Assembly: GCA_024137785.1 (NCBI GenBank)
Contig: JAHRHZ010000222.1
Coordinates: forward strand, 39,180,817 to 39,244,816
DNA: 64,000 nt
Direction of reading: 5' to 3'
From: Ginglymostoma cirratum
Taxonomy: Eukaryota
Positions within the stretch are counted from its first letter, which is position 1; every line of letters starts with the position of its first letter. The notes below the pieces were generated by a model, which worked only from the letters and a program-made list of their open reading frames with translations, searched no databases and was not told the origin of the DNA. Made by a program: the position numbers and the translations under genes. Shown one piece after another: positions 24,521 through 38,100 of the stretch.

Positions 24521-25264
24521 AAAGTTCATTAATGAATGAAAGATGAACATTTAAATTTTTTAAAGAAGGTTCTATCTAGCAGACTACCAGCAATGCAATA
24601 CAATCTGCTAAATGTCCCGAAGACTCAAGTAGCAAGTGACGTCAGTTAAGTTTTCTCACGCCTTCTTGGGGTGCCATTTTAAATCCAGGAATCAAAAAGC
24701 AGCTGCTTTGTTACTGGGAAGAAAACAATGGGAGTGCTAAATCCTGTTTTGCAGAGAGATATTATTTGTGAGTTGAGTAATTTATTTGATTGATTGTATC
24801 TGGTGCACTCAGTAACAGACCTCTGGCTTTCAGTGCACTGAATCTTCATCTCTTCTGTGTTTTTCTATGTCATACACCTGTTTGAGTACAGCGTCAGGAA
24901 TGATTTCTTACTAATGTTAAAATTTTTTTTTTGAGAAAATAATATGGTATGTGGCCATATAGATCTGTTCTTGGACTAGGTATGCATGGTTCATACTTTT
25001 AACTTTAGTTTCTTGGTGTGAAAACAGGCAACTGGCTTGGAAATTATATCAGGAGCAGCTCAGAAAACGTCAATGTTTCCTTAGATCTTAAGATTTTTGT
25101 GGGACCTGGAGAAGTACTCATGCCCTATCATCTTCCAGCCTCATATCAGCCCTTACTTGTGCTCTTTTGATCACACTCCCACCACCTCCCTTTTACCTTC
25201 TGCCACACCAGGTCTTCTCCTGTTGATTGGTCCCATGCAAAAGCTACCCAACTTTGTATTTTGT

Positions 25265-25475
25265 ATATGTGGAATGAACTGCCAGAGGAAGTAGTGGATG
25301 CAGGTACAGTTGAAACATTTAAAAGAAATTTGAATAAGTGCATGGATAGGAAAGGTTTGGAGAGATTTGGGCCAAACACAGGCAAGTGGGACTAGTTTAG
25401 GTTGGGAATATGGTCAGCATGGACTAGTTGGACTGAAGGGTCTGTTTCCATACTGTATGACTCTATGATGCTATA
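25265..25475 (+). mobile_element. HER1-like CR1 LINE 3' end
   Basis: Close match to 58385-58575 and 63710-63910 (tggaatgaactgccagaggaagtagtggatgcaggtaca...gaagggtctgtttccat.ctgtatgactctatga). Confidence 0.9.
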
Positions 25476-25639
25476 ACTGGCATCATTATCTATGGGGTAA
25501 AGAAAGGTGAGCCAAGGCCCCCAGTGAACTATTTCTGTTCCCCCTCACCATACACCCCATCACAATAAGTCTCCATCTCACTGTAAACAATAATTAATGC
25601 CTGTCTTTAGTTTTATGCTGATTTTTATGCATGCCTGGA

Positions 25640-26400
25640 TGTAGAGCAAGAACTGTTGCCTTTGTGCGTCAAAGGATTCTAGTTCAAACTTAACTCTACA
25701 GACTTGAGCACACTATCTATGCTCACACATCTGTGTTGCACTGTGGTAGCTGTTGTTTTTCAGGTGAAACTTTAAACTGATACCCCATTAAATTGTTTTC
25801 ATGGCATTTATTTGAACAAGAGCAGAGAAGTTTCTTGTAGCTAGTGATTATCTGTATGTGCATTTCTGTGCCAACCTTGGCTAACCAATCAGCAGCCTAT
25901 TCTCATGCTGTACAAACTGCATGTGGAAATTTAAGGTGGTATTAGCTTTAAAAATTCAGACAAATCATATTCTTATTGGAGATGTTTTATTACAAAGAAG
26001 AATTCCCGTTATACATGGATTTGACAATTCAATGAAATCTTGATAGGAAATCATTTTCAAAATAAATATTTTGAGCTATTTTTCTCCTCTTGTCCTCTCT
26101 ATCCCTTTCTTTTCAAGTTAATTTCTTGCATCCTAATCCCAATTAGTGCAAGATGAAAAGCTTTGACATCTTGTCTGCTTTTTGCAATGTTTAAGTTCTA
26201 TAGTTCCAAGTGATTATTTATGACTAACAGTGATCGTATGGTCAATTACCTAATTACAGGATCTGGCAGTGTTTTCAGATTACCTGCCCTACTTCTACAC
26301 ATTACAACAGTTACTGTGTCACGAGTGTTTCATTGCCCATTAGCCATTATAAGGTCTTGAGGTTATGATAAGCTTTATATGAATGAAAGCTCTTTCTTTA
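25640..26400 (+). mobile_element. Deu-domain (SacSINE1-like) SINE interrupted at ~25875-26260
   Basis: Deu-like core 'ttttcaggtgaaactttaaactgatacccc..catggcatttatttgaacaagagcagagaagtt' and tail 'ctacacattacaacagttactg..gaggttatgataagctttatatgaatgaaagctctttc'. Confidence 0.55.
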
Positions 26401-27469
26401 GATTTATGAGCATGAGTGCTTTGCATTTTACTAATGTCTTCCAAGTCCTTCCTTATTCCAGTATCTTCCTCGTTATATCATGAATATCCCTGGATATTTG
26501 GCAGACATGGGGAAAGTATCGGTTGAATACCAAACATCATTCTGAACAAGATCGAGGCTTGGGGAATTAATTGTTCAAATCAAGAACAGGAATGACACTG
26601 GCAGGATATGACAATGCCATGACAAACAATTCAAAGAGTGTCAGGAGGAAGAGATCAGACAAAGAACAGAAAATGTTGGTTGAAGAAAGTTGTAGCCCGA
26701 CAGAGAATCTCAAGCACAATGATAAAAAGCTTTACTAACAAACACAGAAATGTAACAATCTTACTGATAGTTTACTGAAGTCCAATTTACAACTATCAGT
26801 TCTGACTGAGCCTGCTTACATTTATTCAAGGCAAAGTTGTGAAATTCTAAAAATGCCTTTGACCACTGTATTCTTGCTTTAAAAAATCTGTAAATAGAAA
26901 AAAAAATATATTTGAATATGTTAAGGAATGGCTAACCAGTAAAAGTTATAAAGCAAGCAAGGCTGAATTCTAGAGACAGTGCTTTTGTATGTTTGAAAAT
27001 CTGAGATGGTAATAGCTTACAGTATTAAGTCAAATCATATTTTTATTCTGTTTTCTTGTTTGCAAAGAAGAATGTTTTTTCCACAAAACACAGAGTTGAC
27101 ATTTCAGAGAAACCTCAATAGTATGAAATCATCTTCAAAATAAACATTTTCAGCTATGCTTCTCCTATTTTAGTCCTGCCCATCCCATTTCCTGACTGAC
27201 AGGATGGAAAAGCAACATGGCAGCTTTATCAAGATCAGTTGCAGTAAAAGATAAAAGCATGAAGAACATCTGAACTGCAGAAAACCATTGCTGCCGAGTC
27301 AGGGCAAGGGTCTGTGTTGATGGAACTGAATGCTTGCTGTTTGCCTGTGACCAATCGCCATATTGTAAGAGTGAGGACGTGCTTTTTTGATTACATAATG
27401 GGTGACAGTCAAAATTTGGGGCACTTCTTGCCATTTAATACATATTTCTAATCGACCTCTTCAGATAGA

Positions 27470-27585
27470 TATTTTCTAATCAAATTGCTCAGAGATGTTA
27501 TTATGTACCTCTGGAGCAGGTGAGACTTGAGCCCAAGGTGCCTGACCAGGGGCAGGGACACTGTCACTGAGCCACAAGAGCCCTC
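27470..27585 (-). mobile_element. Short tRNA-derived SINE monomer (same family as the 31 kb array)
   Basis: Reverse complement 'gggctcttgtggctcagtgacagtgtccctg...gggctcaagtctcacctgctccagaggtacataataacatctctgagc..tgattagaaaatatct' aligns with the array units and has A/B-box-like motifs. Confidence 0.75.
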
Positions 27586-30500
27586 ATGCAGTTTGACAAG
27601 TGATGGGATGCTGCTGTAACTGTTCTCTTCCACCTTTCCCACTATTCCCACTGCCTGTTAACTAACTCATGATCACATTCAATGTGGTGAAAGTTGGGGT
27701 AGGGGGTTGATTTGATGTCCCTGCCAGCTAGAAGTTAATTTAAAATTAAACATGGTATGAATAACTTCATTAAAGTACACTCCAACGTGCGAACTCACAG
27801 AGTGACTTCACTGATAAATCATTGACCAGCATGTTAGGTTTTTAATCATAGAGAAGAAGAGGAGGATTATTTGTGAATTAACTTCAGTAACAATGTTCTG
27901 CTAGGTTTTGCTTTTTGATTCCCAAGACAGTGTTTCTAATCTTGTTGAATAACTGATAAAGATTCAAAAATTTGATTTCTCCAACACTTTCATTCTAGAT
28001 TTTGTTCATTGCACTTCAAGCTATCACTAAATAAGACCCAAGATGCTCAGAGAATTGGTTATAATTTGTAATGATGTACATCATATATAAAGCTTTCAGC
28101 AACATAATTAAATCCAAAAGGCTGCTGAAGATCACCAGTTAGTCACAATGGATCTTGTTAAAGTTTGCATGGTGAGAGTAAATTGTGTTGGTCTTTTGCT
28201 TACAGTAGTGCTCAGTACCAGCAGAAAGGGGGGATAGGGTAATTTTAAAAATAGGAAATGTTAAAAAAAAAGGAACAAAAGGAAAATAGTGCAATAAAAA
28301 TGAAAAAAAATGTTAAAATTCTGTCCTTTGGAGAGAGAAGTTTGCTCATAGATGCGTGAAGATTAGATAACACCCTTCATCCACTTAAGGCACCACAAAA
28401 ATTGCAAGTAAACTGAGCACATGTACAAAAAGCAAGGCAATCCTCCGACCTGCACTGTCAGCTTTATGTCCTCTCACAATCAGGAGCACCTTGACTATGT
28501 AACATTATCAAAGTAGTGTCTGTAATGCTTCCAATAGATTCCTATTGATGAGGTTTTACGCATGTCTCATATCAGCAAACTATACAGCTTTAATAAATAT
28601 AAACTTGTATCAAATTCTACAAAGTGTCAAGGAATATCAATAAAACTGAATAACATTACAGAAATTATGAGCAAGGTTATTGGATGAGTACTGTTTTTAG
28701 AGCGAGTATTAAGATATGCAAATTAAATGACATTTTAGCAAGTATCTTCATGTAAATGTTCATTGATACATACAAAGGGTCTACTTAGTTTACTTAGAAT
28801 ATTTTTCCCACTTAAATTTAAAATCCTTTCAGCTCATTAACTGATGTGCAAGTCCATTATTAAAATGCATGTATTTGAATGTGTGCACATATCCGAGATC
28901 GGAGAGTCATTCCAATCAAGTTGCAAAGAAAAATATGTGTTGCTATTTTCTTCCATAGCCTACAGCTGAGGGTCAGAGTGTGATTGGCTTGTAATAGAAC
29001 ATGAGTAATCTTTTTATTACTTACATTTACTATTGAAAGTTGCTTTGACAATTGTAATAATGTAGTTGTAGACTATGGCAAGTGAGCTTCTCCCAATTCA
29101 GCACAGTCTAGTATAAAAATAAAAAGAACTTATAGTTACCAACTGTCTGCAGGCAATGCTAAAGGCAAATACTACTAATATTATAGAGATTTTGTGTAAG
29201 TACTCACTTCCAATCCATTACATTTCAAGCATCGTACGTCAGCAATTTCTGAGCCTCATCTTAAAAAGTCAAAAACAAGTAAAGGATATAAGTTGCCATG
29301 TGCAGAACATTCTCCAGTAACATTAGAGCTACAATGGCTAGATTTTACTGTGGGCTTCAGATCATTGATGTTAGGACCAAACAGAAGTCTTGAGCCTACA
29401 TTAGCGGCAGTGATTCTGGGAGAGAAGACTTCCCTGAGGCAGCCCCCTAATTGGCTGCATCTGCACTCACTTTTCTATTAAGAATGTCAGTGGCCTCTCA
29501 TTGCAGGAGCTAGGAGCCCTGATGCGTTGGCAATCACATTGGTGGGTTCTGCTGAGGCAGGTCAGTGCCTGTAAGGTCACCTCACCAAAAATCACCTTCA
29601 GAGGCATCCCTGGGAAAGCTTTCCTGTGGAGGGAATGCTTCAGGAAGCTGTACTGATATGGCTTACCCTTCCCTCCAACACACCGCCTCCCATTTCACAG
29701 CACAATCCAACCATTCCACCCATCTCCAAGCCTGTTATCACAGGATCAGGAAAATTCTATCTAACATTTGCAGATTTTTTTCAGATTTCCACTAAAATCT
29801 GTTTGGGTAATCACAAACATAAAATTGTTCCATGCAATTGGCAGTGTAATAGAAAATAAGCATTTTTCTCATTAAAAGGGATCCTTGATATTTTTGTGAG
29901 TGGTAATAGTTATACTAATACAGTTGAAAAGTGTTAACAAGATTGTCCTATTCTTCCATCTGTGCAAAAACACCACTTAAAATTGTTGAACTTGGCTTTA
30001 AGAAACGGTACTAATTCATTTGCTTATTTTATCAGCATATGCTGGTCAGTTTCTTAGTAACTTAATAAAAATTGGTATTTAAAAATGTGCCCACCTATTA
30101 CTCTACACAAAGAAACTGAACCAAATCTAAAAAGTCCTTACTTAACCAGTGCAAACTTGTAATTTTGAAGTGAAAGCATAGTCAGTTTGTAGATGGGATT
30201 TGATTTGGCGCAGATTAAACCTTAAACCTGCATTTGAAAACACAAATGTCAGTGATTTGGCATATCACTCTCCCACATTTTTAATTCTCCTGATCTTTTC
30301 CACTGGTTCACCTGATTCTATGCTCTGTGTAAAACTTAATGGAAATTTTCACCACGATAGATATATAAGCAGCTAATGATTTATAAATAAACAATCATTC
30401 TCCAATTGTACTCTGCAACTAACTAGATCTTTCTGACCAGGATACACAAAAATCCACCTCAACATAAAAATACAGGGTTGAGTTTTCCCATTAGTTCCCC

Positions 30501-31095
30501 CATCTCCTACTGCAGGCTTGCTGGAAAATTTGTTGGTACCTTGCCATTAAAGTGTACAGAGCTGAAAACAGCCACTGTTTCTCCTGGGTTTCCATAAATC
30601 ATCCAATTATGGCAGGATATCAGGTTGAAAGTGTTATTACTATAAAGTCAATGATCGAATATGTGTTTGTATATCTGTTCTTTGTGAAAATGCATAAATT
30701 GGTCCTGCATTAATCTTCACTGAAATTCTAGCCGTTGATTAATATGAGGAAGAAAGTAATAAAAGGATATGTTGACAGGGTCAGATTAAGTAATATGGAA
30801 AGAAGCACTTGTGGAGAGCAATGCCCTGGCATAACTAAAGGCTGGATAGCAAGTTTCTGTTATCACATACATAATTTATATGTTTCCTTAGCACTGGTGA
30901 GTGTGTTTTGTATCCAAGAGGTGTGTCTTTACATACACACTGAGTTTGGATTTCAAATAAAATATTTTCAGCAACAAGCTTTTGTGAATAAGTTTATACA
31001 AATAAGGTTATTTATTCTCACACAATTCCTTGCCTCACATTTACTAAGATTAGATACAAGTGAACACAATGTAATATTGTATATTATACTTAACG

Positions 31096-31805
31096 CAGAG
31101 GTGTGTAATAATAAATAACAGGGGTTGATTAAAATTAAAAATGTCTCAGATACAAGGGCTTTCGTGGCACAGTGGTAGCATCCCTGTCTCTGGACCAGGA
31201 GACCTGAGTTCAAGATCTGCTTCAGAGGTATCTTATAATATCACTGAGCTGGTTAATTAGAAAATATTTATACATATCTCAGGGGACTCTTGTGGTGCAG
31301 TATTAGTGCTCCCATTTCTGAGCCAGCAGACCTAGTTTCGAGTGCTACCTGCTACAGAGCTGTGACATAATGTCTCTGTTCACGTTGATTAGAAAATATT
31401 TATACTTATCTCAGTGAGGTCTCTAATGGTGTAGTGGTAGCATCCCTACCTTTGAACCAGGAAGCCTGGGTTCAAGTCCCAACTTCTCTAGAGGTGTGTA
31501 ATAACATCTCTGTGCAGGTTGATTAGGAAAATATCTATACTTATCTCAGTAGGGGTCTTGAAGAGTAGTGGTAGTGTCCCTACTTCTGGGCCAGGAGACT
31601 TGGGTTCAAGTCCTACCTGCTCCAGATGTATGTAAGAAATACCTCTGAACAGGTTGGTGAGGGAAGAAATACTTATCTCAGTAGGACAGTCGTAGTGCTG
31701 TGATAATATCCCTATCTTTGGGCTAAAAGATTTGGGTTCAGCTCCCACTTCTCTCAGATGTATAGCAGCAAGCACGAACAGGGTAGTTGAAAACATTTAT
31801 CTCAG
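31096..31805 (+). repeat. Head-to-tail tandem array of ~5.5 tRNA-derived SINE units
   Basis: TCTCAG junctions end at 31149, 31282, 31414, 31549, 31681 and 31805 (periods 133/132/135/132/124). Each unit has an A-box-like TGG..AGTGG, a B-box-like GGTTCAAGTCC and a 'caggttgattagaaaatat' tail. Confidence 0.9.
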
Positions 31806-32324
31806 TTTGTTTTGTGACAAGCATGTAGTTTCTTAGATGGTCTTGATGCTTTAGGATGAAGCAAGAGTCCTACAAAGTGGAGAAATCTCAACAAGCTGTG
31901 AGGATTCTTTTGGTCAGATTTCTAGAATGTTAGTTTTCAGGTGAATTTGAATTTGGAACAGGTTACAGGAGTCCTTCTTGCTGTTGAGGGCTCCCATTTT
32001 CACAATATTGTTGTCAATTACCTTGGCTGATTGGTGACTTGCAGCTAGGTCATAGTCTGGCTTTCTGACCACTGTTCATTCAATGATTTTCTGATGGCAT
32101 TCTTTGCAAACAGTTTCCTGTTGATTTTGAAAGCAGTCAACAAGGTTTTTTCTTGAGTGTGTGAATTATTCACGAGTACAAGATAGTTTCCTAATAAAGG
32201 GATTGCAATGACCTGTGTCATGGTTTAATGTGTTGAAGGTTTGAGACAGCAGTATCTTTGTTTTTGAATTACTCATTCAATTTGGTAATACCCTTCTGGA
32301 TTGGCCTCAGCAAAGGGCATTATA

Positions 32325-32920
32325 ACAAAAGAACATTAGAACAAGGAGCAGGAGTGGGCAATTCACTCCCTTGAGTCTGCTCCACCATTTAATATGATCA
32401 TGGCTGATCTCAGGTCAGTTTCAGCTCTATTTTCCCATTCATTCTCCATAACCCTTCAATCCAATTCAAAAATCTGTCAATCTCCTCAAATTTACGTAGT
32501 CTCTTGGTATCCACCACACTCTGGGGTAGTGAATTCCACAGATTCACAACCCTTTGAGAGAATAATTTCTCTTTATCTCTGTTTTAAATCTATGGCTCCT
32601 TACCTTGAACCTGTGACCTCTCATTCCAGGTTGCCCCACATGAGGAAATATCGTCTCTACGTTTACTTTGTCAATCCCCTTCAGCATCTTATATACCTCA
32701 ATTAGATCTCCTGTCATTCTTCTAAACTCCAGAGAGTATAGGCCTAAATTCTTCATAAGACAAACTATCCCTTCATCTCTGGATCAATCTTGTGAGCTTT
32801 CTCTTAACTGTCTGCAGTGCAGCTACATCCCTCCTCAATAAGGCAACCAAAATTGCATGCAATACTCCAGGAGCAGACTCACTATTGTCTTGTACAGTTG
32901 CATCAACACTTCATGACTTT
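32325..32920 (-). mobile_element. CR1-clade LINE 3' fragment
   Basis: ORF 32544-32756 LGLYSLEFRRMTGDLIEVYKMLKGIDKV...RGHRFKV, with the CR1 tail at 32325-32400. Confidence 0.92.
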
Positions 32921-34945
32921 TGTATTTATGTATTGATCAACCTGGAATGTTCCTTTTGTTCCCTCTTGAATCCACAAAAAAGATGTCATTTGAGCCTAGC
33001 GCAGCCATCTTTTGCAGCCTTTTGGATTCAGTGTGAAAATACAAAATATTTACGGAAAGTTTATAGTATACTGGGGCATGACACTCTACAATGAAATTCT
33101 ATGGAACTATTTGCTTTGATTATGTCAATTTTTGTTCTTTTCCAGTAACCTATCCCTGTCCCTGTCATAATTCTCTCTTGCAATACACATTAACTAAAGA
33201 TAAAGCTGACCACGGCCTGCTTCATGTGCAGGTGCAAGGGAGGCAAGTTATGAAAGATTGAACCTAGAGTTCAATTTCATCAAAGCACATTGTAGTATTG
33301 TTTTGGAGTTGAGAGTATTATTGCATTCCATACTGCACAATGGTGTAGTCTTGTTGCCTTTTTGTTTGCGGAAAACAAGTCTTGGAATAAGTGCCTTTTA
33401 TTCAAACTTGGGGCTGGAAACAATTCTTTAGCTATGTAAGAGAAAATGTTATAAAATATTTTGGAATGAAATGATTCGCATTTTCAATAATGACACTTTG
33501 ATTTTCTCTCCTGAAAACAAATAGATCAGGCCTTACAGAATTTGGGATAGGTAAATCCAATGAGAGCTTTTTTTTAAAATTTGTTTTTATTTGTTCAAGT
33601 TTTGCAGTCTGCATACAGTAATAGCTGTTTCCCTATGCTGCCTAGGGAGCTGTTATTGCCACACTAAATATTTTATGTACTATACACACACCAACAAATC
33701 CTTGATTATAAGAATATTAAAGGTTAATTTAAGACTTCATTTGATCATAAATGTATTTTTTTAATGACAGCTGGAATCTAAATATGAGCTTCATCAACAA
33801 ACCTTGAAAGGTTCAAAGAATCTCTTTCTCTCATCCTGCATTTGTCTGTGCAATTGTAGCTCCTGTTTTTACATTATTCCTCCTGTTTCTTCACAAGAAG
33901 TTCAGGACTAATGTATCTGCTGAAGGAAAAGCTTGCTTGATGCCACAAGTGACTGCTTTGCTCCTGACCTTGAACTGACAAGTCAATTGTTTGACTGCAA
34001 ATATATTCCAAAACCAGGTTGCAAGTGGTCCCTGTTCACCTGAAGCTTTTTCCGATTCTTGGTTGCAAACTGAATCTTTCAAATACACACTTCTTTTGGT
34101 TGAGAAAATGCTTTCTTGTTAAGACATATAATGTGGAAAAAAAGCTATTTCCATCATTTGATATGCTTATTTAAGACTGCTAATAGATTCAGTTGAGTAC
34201 TAAACAGTTACTCTGCTGAATAGTCACAAACTACAGTTAGATGTACCATATACTTTTGCAGTAATTTTAAAAATTAGCATTACACATGCAATTTGGAAAT
34301 TAGTAGCTATTCTTTGCAAAATAAAACATTGTATTGTGAACAAGGTATTGGGAATATTGGCAATGTACCAGCTTCAGTCTTTCACTACAATACCAGAATT
34401 TGCGTCCATGCTTTGTGATGGTTATTTTTTGTTATTGATATAGCAAAGTAACTTTGATCCAGTTTTTTTCAACTTTCATTTCCAATCTAAGATCAAAAAT
34501 TGCTTGTGAGATAATTTTGAGCCAAATGGCACCATACCCTGGCCTGGATATTTGACTCTGCTGTTTTGACATCCCTAGGTATTTGTACATTTGTTTCCCA
34601 CTGTGTTCTGCCGCAATAATTGGAAGCCTGGAGGATGATAGCAGAAAAATGGCAGCACGGACTATTGCAGCAGCTCTCCACAACCCAGTAGAATGAGATT
34701 TTATTTTGTAAGCTCCAGGTACTATACTGAAATACTTTGTGCAATACATGTTATAACACTCTAATTGTTATCTTAAAAAGTGTCCCTGTGATACATGATT
34801 TATTTTTCTTCATATTCACACTATAATTATAGTGCTGGCGTGTGGTTTAACTTTGTACTGATGTAGCAGTTAATGTGTTGATGAGGTGTGTACCTGGTGT
34901 CACAGTTCATCTTGATTCCAAAACAAAGACGATAGTGAATGTTCT

Positions 34946-35270
34946 TGGAGGGAGTTGTTCTATTATGTGTCATGGTCAATATGTAAGTATAAAGTACCTT
35001 TAAGAGGCATGCTCATGATATCATCACTGTATAATAGCAAGTGACCGGAGGGCATAAGGGTCTTATAATTTCATCTTACCTCAGACCACTTCACGCATGA
35101 CACTCTATTCGCAGCATACCTCCCCTCCCTGTTGCATCCTAAAAGCTTAATTGTAACCCAGCCACTTATGTGCCTGAGAAAAGTAATATCTGTACATAAA
35201 AGTTAGTTGTAATAAATGTCCGTTGGATTCTTCATTACCACAGCATCCACACCTAGTTTTCGATATTGTA
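34946..35270 (+). mobile_element. Possible Gypsy 3' LTR preceded by a polypurine tract
   Basis: GGAGGGAG followed by TGTT at 34956, with internal CTTTAAGAG and AATAAA (~35211). The 3' end is unclear. Confidence 0.3.
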
Positions 35271-37544
35271 GGGGATGACATAAGTATTGCCACATCAGGT
35301 AAAACACACCTGTGGTACTTTCACTCCACTTTCCTTTGGACTCAGTACAACAGCCCTTAACACTATAAGCAGGTTTGGCACTGGCGTCAAAGCTACATCA
35401 GCCAACATGTCAAGTGTGACTGCATCACAGTATTGTTGGCCATATTTTGTATGGTAGAAATTTCTGTACTCCATTTAAAGGTTCCAATCTATTATGACCC
35501 AGTCTGATCTTTTTTAAATCATTTTGACTATATATTCTTTCGGGTTCCTCATAAATCACTATCAGATTTCCCACAAAATAAATTTCTTTGTCCATGCAAT
35601 GATCCTCAGTCAGACAGCTTGCTACCATATCAATGGATTCCTTAAATATTAATATTTGGTCAATCCATTGACAGGCACAATTGGAGACACTCATACCATT
35701 GGTGTTACAATTTTCTCTCCTCCTCTGATTGCTATTGACTAACTCGCATTTTATTCACAAATTAATCATGTATTTTAAAGGTTAAGATCTTCAGGGGATA
35801 AATGTTTAACACAAAGCTTTCTCTATGTATTTGTAACTATAACGCATATTGGCATTAATTCCATTGTTTGTGGAATGTTTAAAAGCAGTTCTCATGCCCA
35901 TCCTGTCTCCTGAAACTAAATCACAAATCATCAATTTTTTTAGATGAAAAGGCAGCATCCCTTCCACTGTTTTTTTAGAAATTGAGTTGAGAAAGGTAAT
36001 CTCATCCAGGCTTTTCCACATACTTTAACAAATATAAGAGCAAAGGTCCATTGTTGAAAACATAAAAATTCGCAGACAAGCTCAGTTGAAAGAATAATCA
36101 TTTGCAATAGCAAGAGCGAGATGATTATTCTTCTAACAGTTTGAATTATAGTGAGGAATATTCGATTCTGTATGTCATGCTTTATGTAACTAAACATATT
36201 CTGGAGACTCTGATTACAAACACATGTCAGGGATAGCAAGTGCAGTGGATAATGTTGGCATAGCTCTGTTTCATCTTTAAACCGTATGGGCTGTAAATCA
36301 TTGAGTTGAAGATACACCATTATTGAGTTTTATGAACTGATACATTTTTTAAAAAATGGCAGCTGCTCTGCTCCAGGGATAGTTGACACAAAACTTTTAT
36401 AATAGCTGAATATTTAAAGTTTGAGGAATAATGGGAAGAGAAGAATTCGGCAGTGTCAATCTTAGCCTGCAGGCTCTCTTGACTAACTCAGTACTACTGT
36501 AATTATTTCAATTCTGGCTTTCTGTACAGTTCATTTGGAATGAAAAATAAACAGACATGACAGGTTTATCGGTGCTGTCAATTAACAGCTCACAGGATAG
36601 GTGCATCACAGAAAGAAACAAGTTCAATTTTCTTTTCATACTATTTACAATTCATGCAATTCTCCTAACCAACTAAAGAAAGCAACTATTTGGGAATTGA
36701 TTCCTCTAAAATGGAGTTTGGAAACAGCAGCATGAGTGTACTGTACCACAAATGCTACAAGATATGTGTGACAGTGAAAATAGTTCTGAAATATAAAGGA
36801 ATGCCCAGGCATCAGTTTGTCCACTCAGCATTTAATGAAGCCATTGATCTTATCTCTTGTTTGTTTCATTCTGAGGTCAATCTACCCATAGCTCAAGTGT
36901 GTAGCAATGTAGTGTGGGGAAGCTTGATTGAGGCCACTTGTCAGAGATCAAGTTAGTTCAGACAAATAAGTAATTAGTTGTCTGCTTTCAACAATAGTAT
37001 CCCACTGCAAGGAACCAGCTTACAACCTTTCCCCTTTGATAAAGTCCATCTAAAAGTGCAGAGAAATTTCTCTAAATCTCTGCACGCAAATAAAAGACTG
37101 CTTGCTTTACAATAAACTCTCTCCTGTAGCAGTTTGATTAGCTTATTCCTTGACTACTTGATGGTCATCCAGACAGACTGCGATTGCAACTGACTTCTCT
37201 AGTTAGATGGTAGTGGTTTCTGAAGACAATAACACACTTCCGATACATGCATCCGGAAGTACGTGGTGATCCAAATGGAAAATTAGAGGCCATCTAAGGT
37301 GCTGGGTGCAGTACAGTCTCATCGCCTCTGAGTGTCTCTGCAGCTCACACCCTTACATCCTGAATGGGCCGCATCTCTGTTGATAGTCAGGTGCTTCTCA
37401 CTCTTTTCTGGCAGATTCTGAAATGACTTTTCCAAGCCTCTGTGACTCCGAATTCCCAATTTTTAATTTTGATTTGGATATATCTGTTCGTTTGGGTTTT
37501 CTTCAACCTATAAAGTTCCACTACCGGCTATGCATAGGTGAAGT

Positions 37545-37725
37545 TGCCACAGTCCTGCTTTCTCAGGGAGAGACAGCTTGTGGTGAGTTTAGCCTGAGGG
37601 TCACCACACCTCAGGTGAGGGGCAGGATAAAGAAGTGGGACCTTCATGTTGACCTCAGCAAGTCTGGGAATTGAAACTGTGCTGTTAGCTTTGCTTGGCG
37701 TTGCAAACCAACCAACCCCCTTGGC
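37545..37725 (-). mobile_element. tRNA-derived SINE
   Basis: Minus strand has a B-box-like 'gtttcaattccc' followed by the core 'cccctcacctgaggtgtggtgaccctcaggctaaactcaccac', resembling a common shark SINE. Confidence 0.55.
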
Positions 37726-37869
37726 TGTGCATATTGCTATATTCACAGTGCTGTATGTAGACAACAACACATTTTAAATGAAATATTGTTCTGTTAATAT
37801 ATGGCATCAAGCGATGAGTGGAAGCCTATTCATGCCACACATCAATACAGTAGTGCCACAGAATGATAA

Positions 37870-38100
37870 TAACATTTAGAACACAAGTAGGCCATTCAGT
37901 CTCCTGAATCCGTTCTGCCATTCATTTTCATTATGGTTGATCCTGCTGCTTCAACTCCTTTTACTTGTTTTTGTTTCAACATCCTTCCACACTGTTACCT
38001 AACAAAATTCTTTCTTAGTTTTGAAAATAGCAATTGTCTCAGTATCCACAGATGTTTTGGGGCAGGTCAAAGCTCCAAATACATTTTACTCCTATGTACA
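37870..38100 (-). mobile_element. CR1 3' end fragment
   Basis: 'tagaacacaagtaggccattcagtctcctgaatccgttctgccattca' CR1 tail in reverse orientation. Confidence 0.6.

Noticed and set aside
26125-26175. Possible third hammerhead-type motif (…AGTGCAAGATGAAAAGCTTTGAC)
   Set aside because: The CUGANGA core is absent in this copy (CAATTAG), so it is too degenerate to call.
26461-26740. Exon-like purine-rich segment after TTCCTTATTCCAG
   Set aside because: Stops occur in all frames, there is no convincing donor, and no peptide is recognisable.
29335-29762. MITE-like element with approximate TIRs (GGCTAGATTTTAC / GGAAAATTCTATC)
   Set aside because: The TIR match is weak and no TSD is visible. It may be a Harbinger-type MITE, but I cannot support that by eye.
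31096-31805. CRISPR array or tRNA gene cluster
   Set aside because: The context is vertebrate and there are no cas genes. The 'spacers' are homologous to each other and to a dispersed SINE. The units have A/B boxes but no consistent cloverleaf or acceptor stem.
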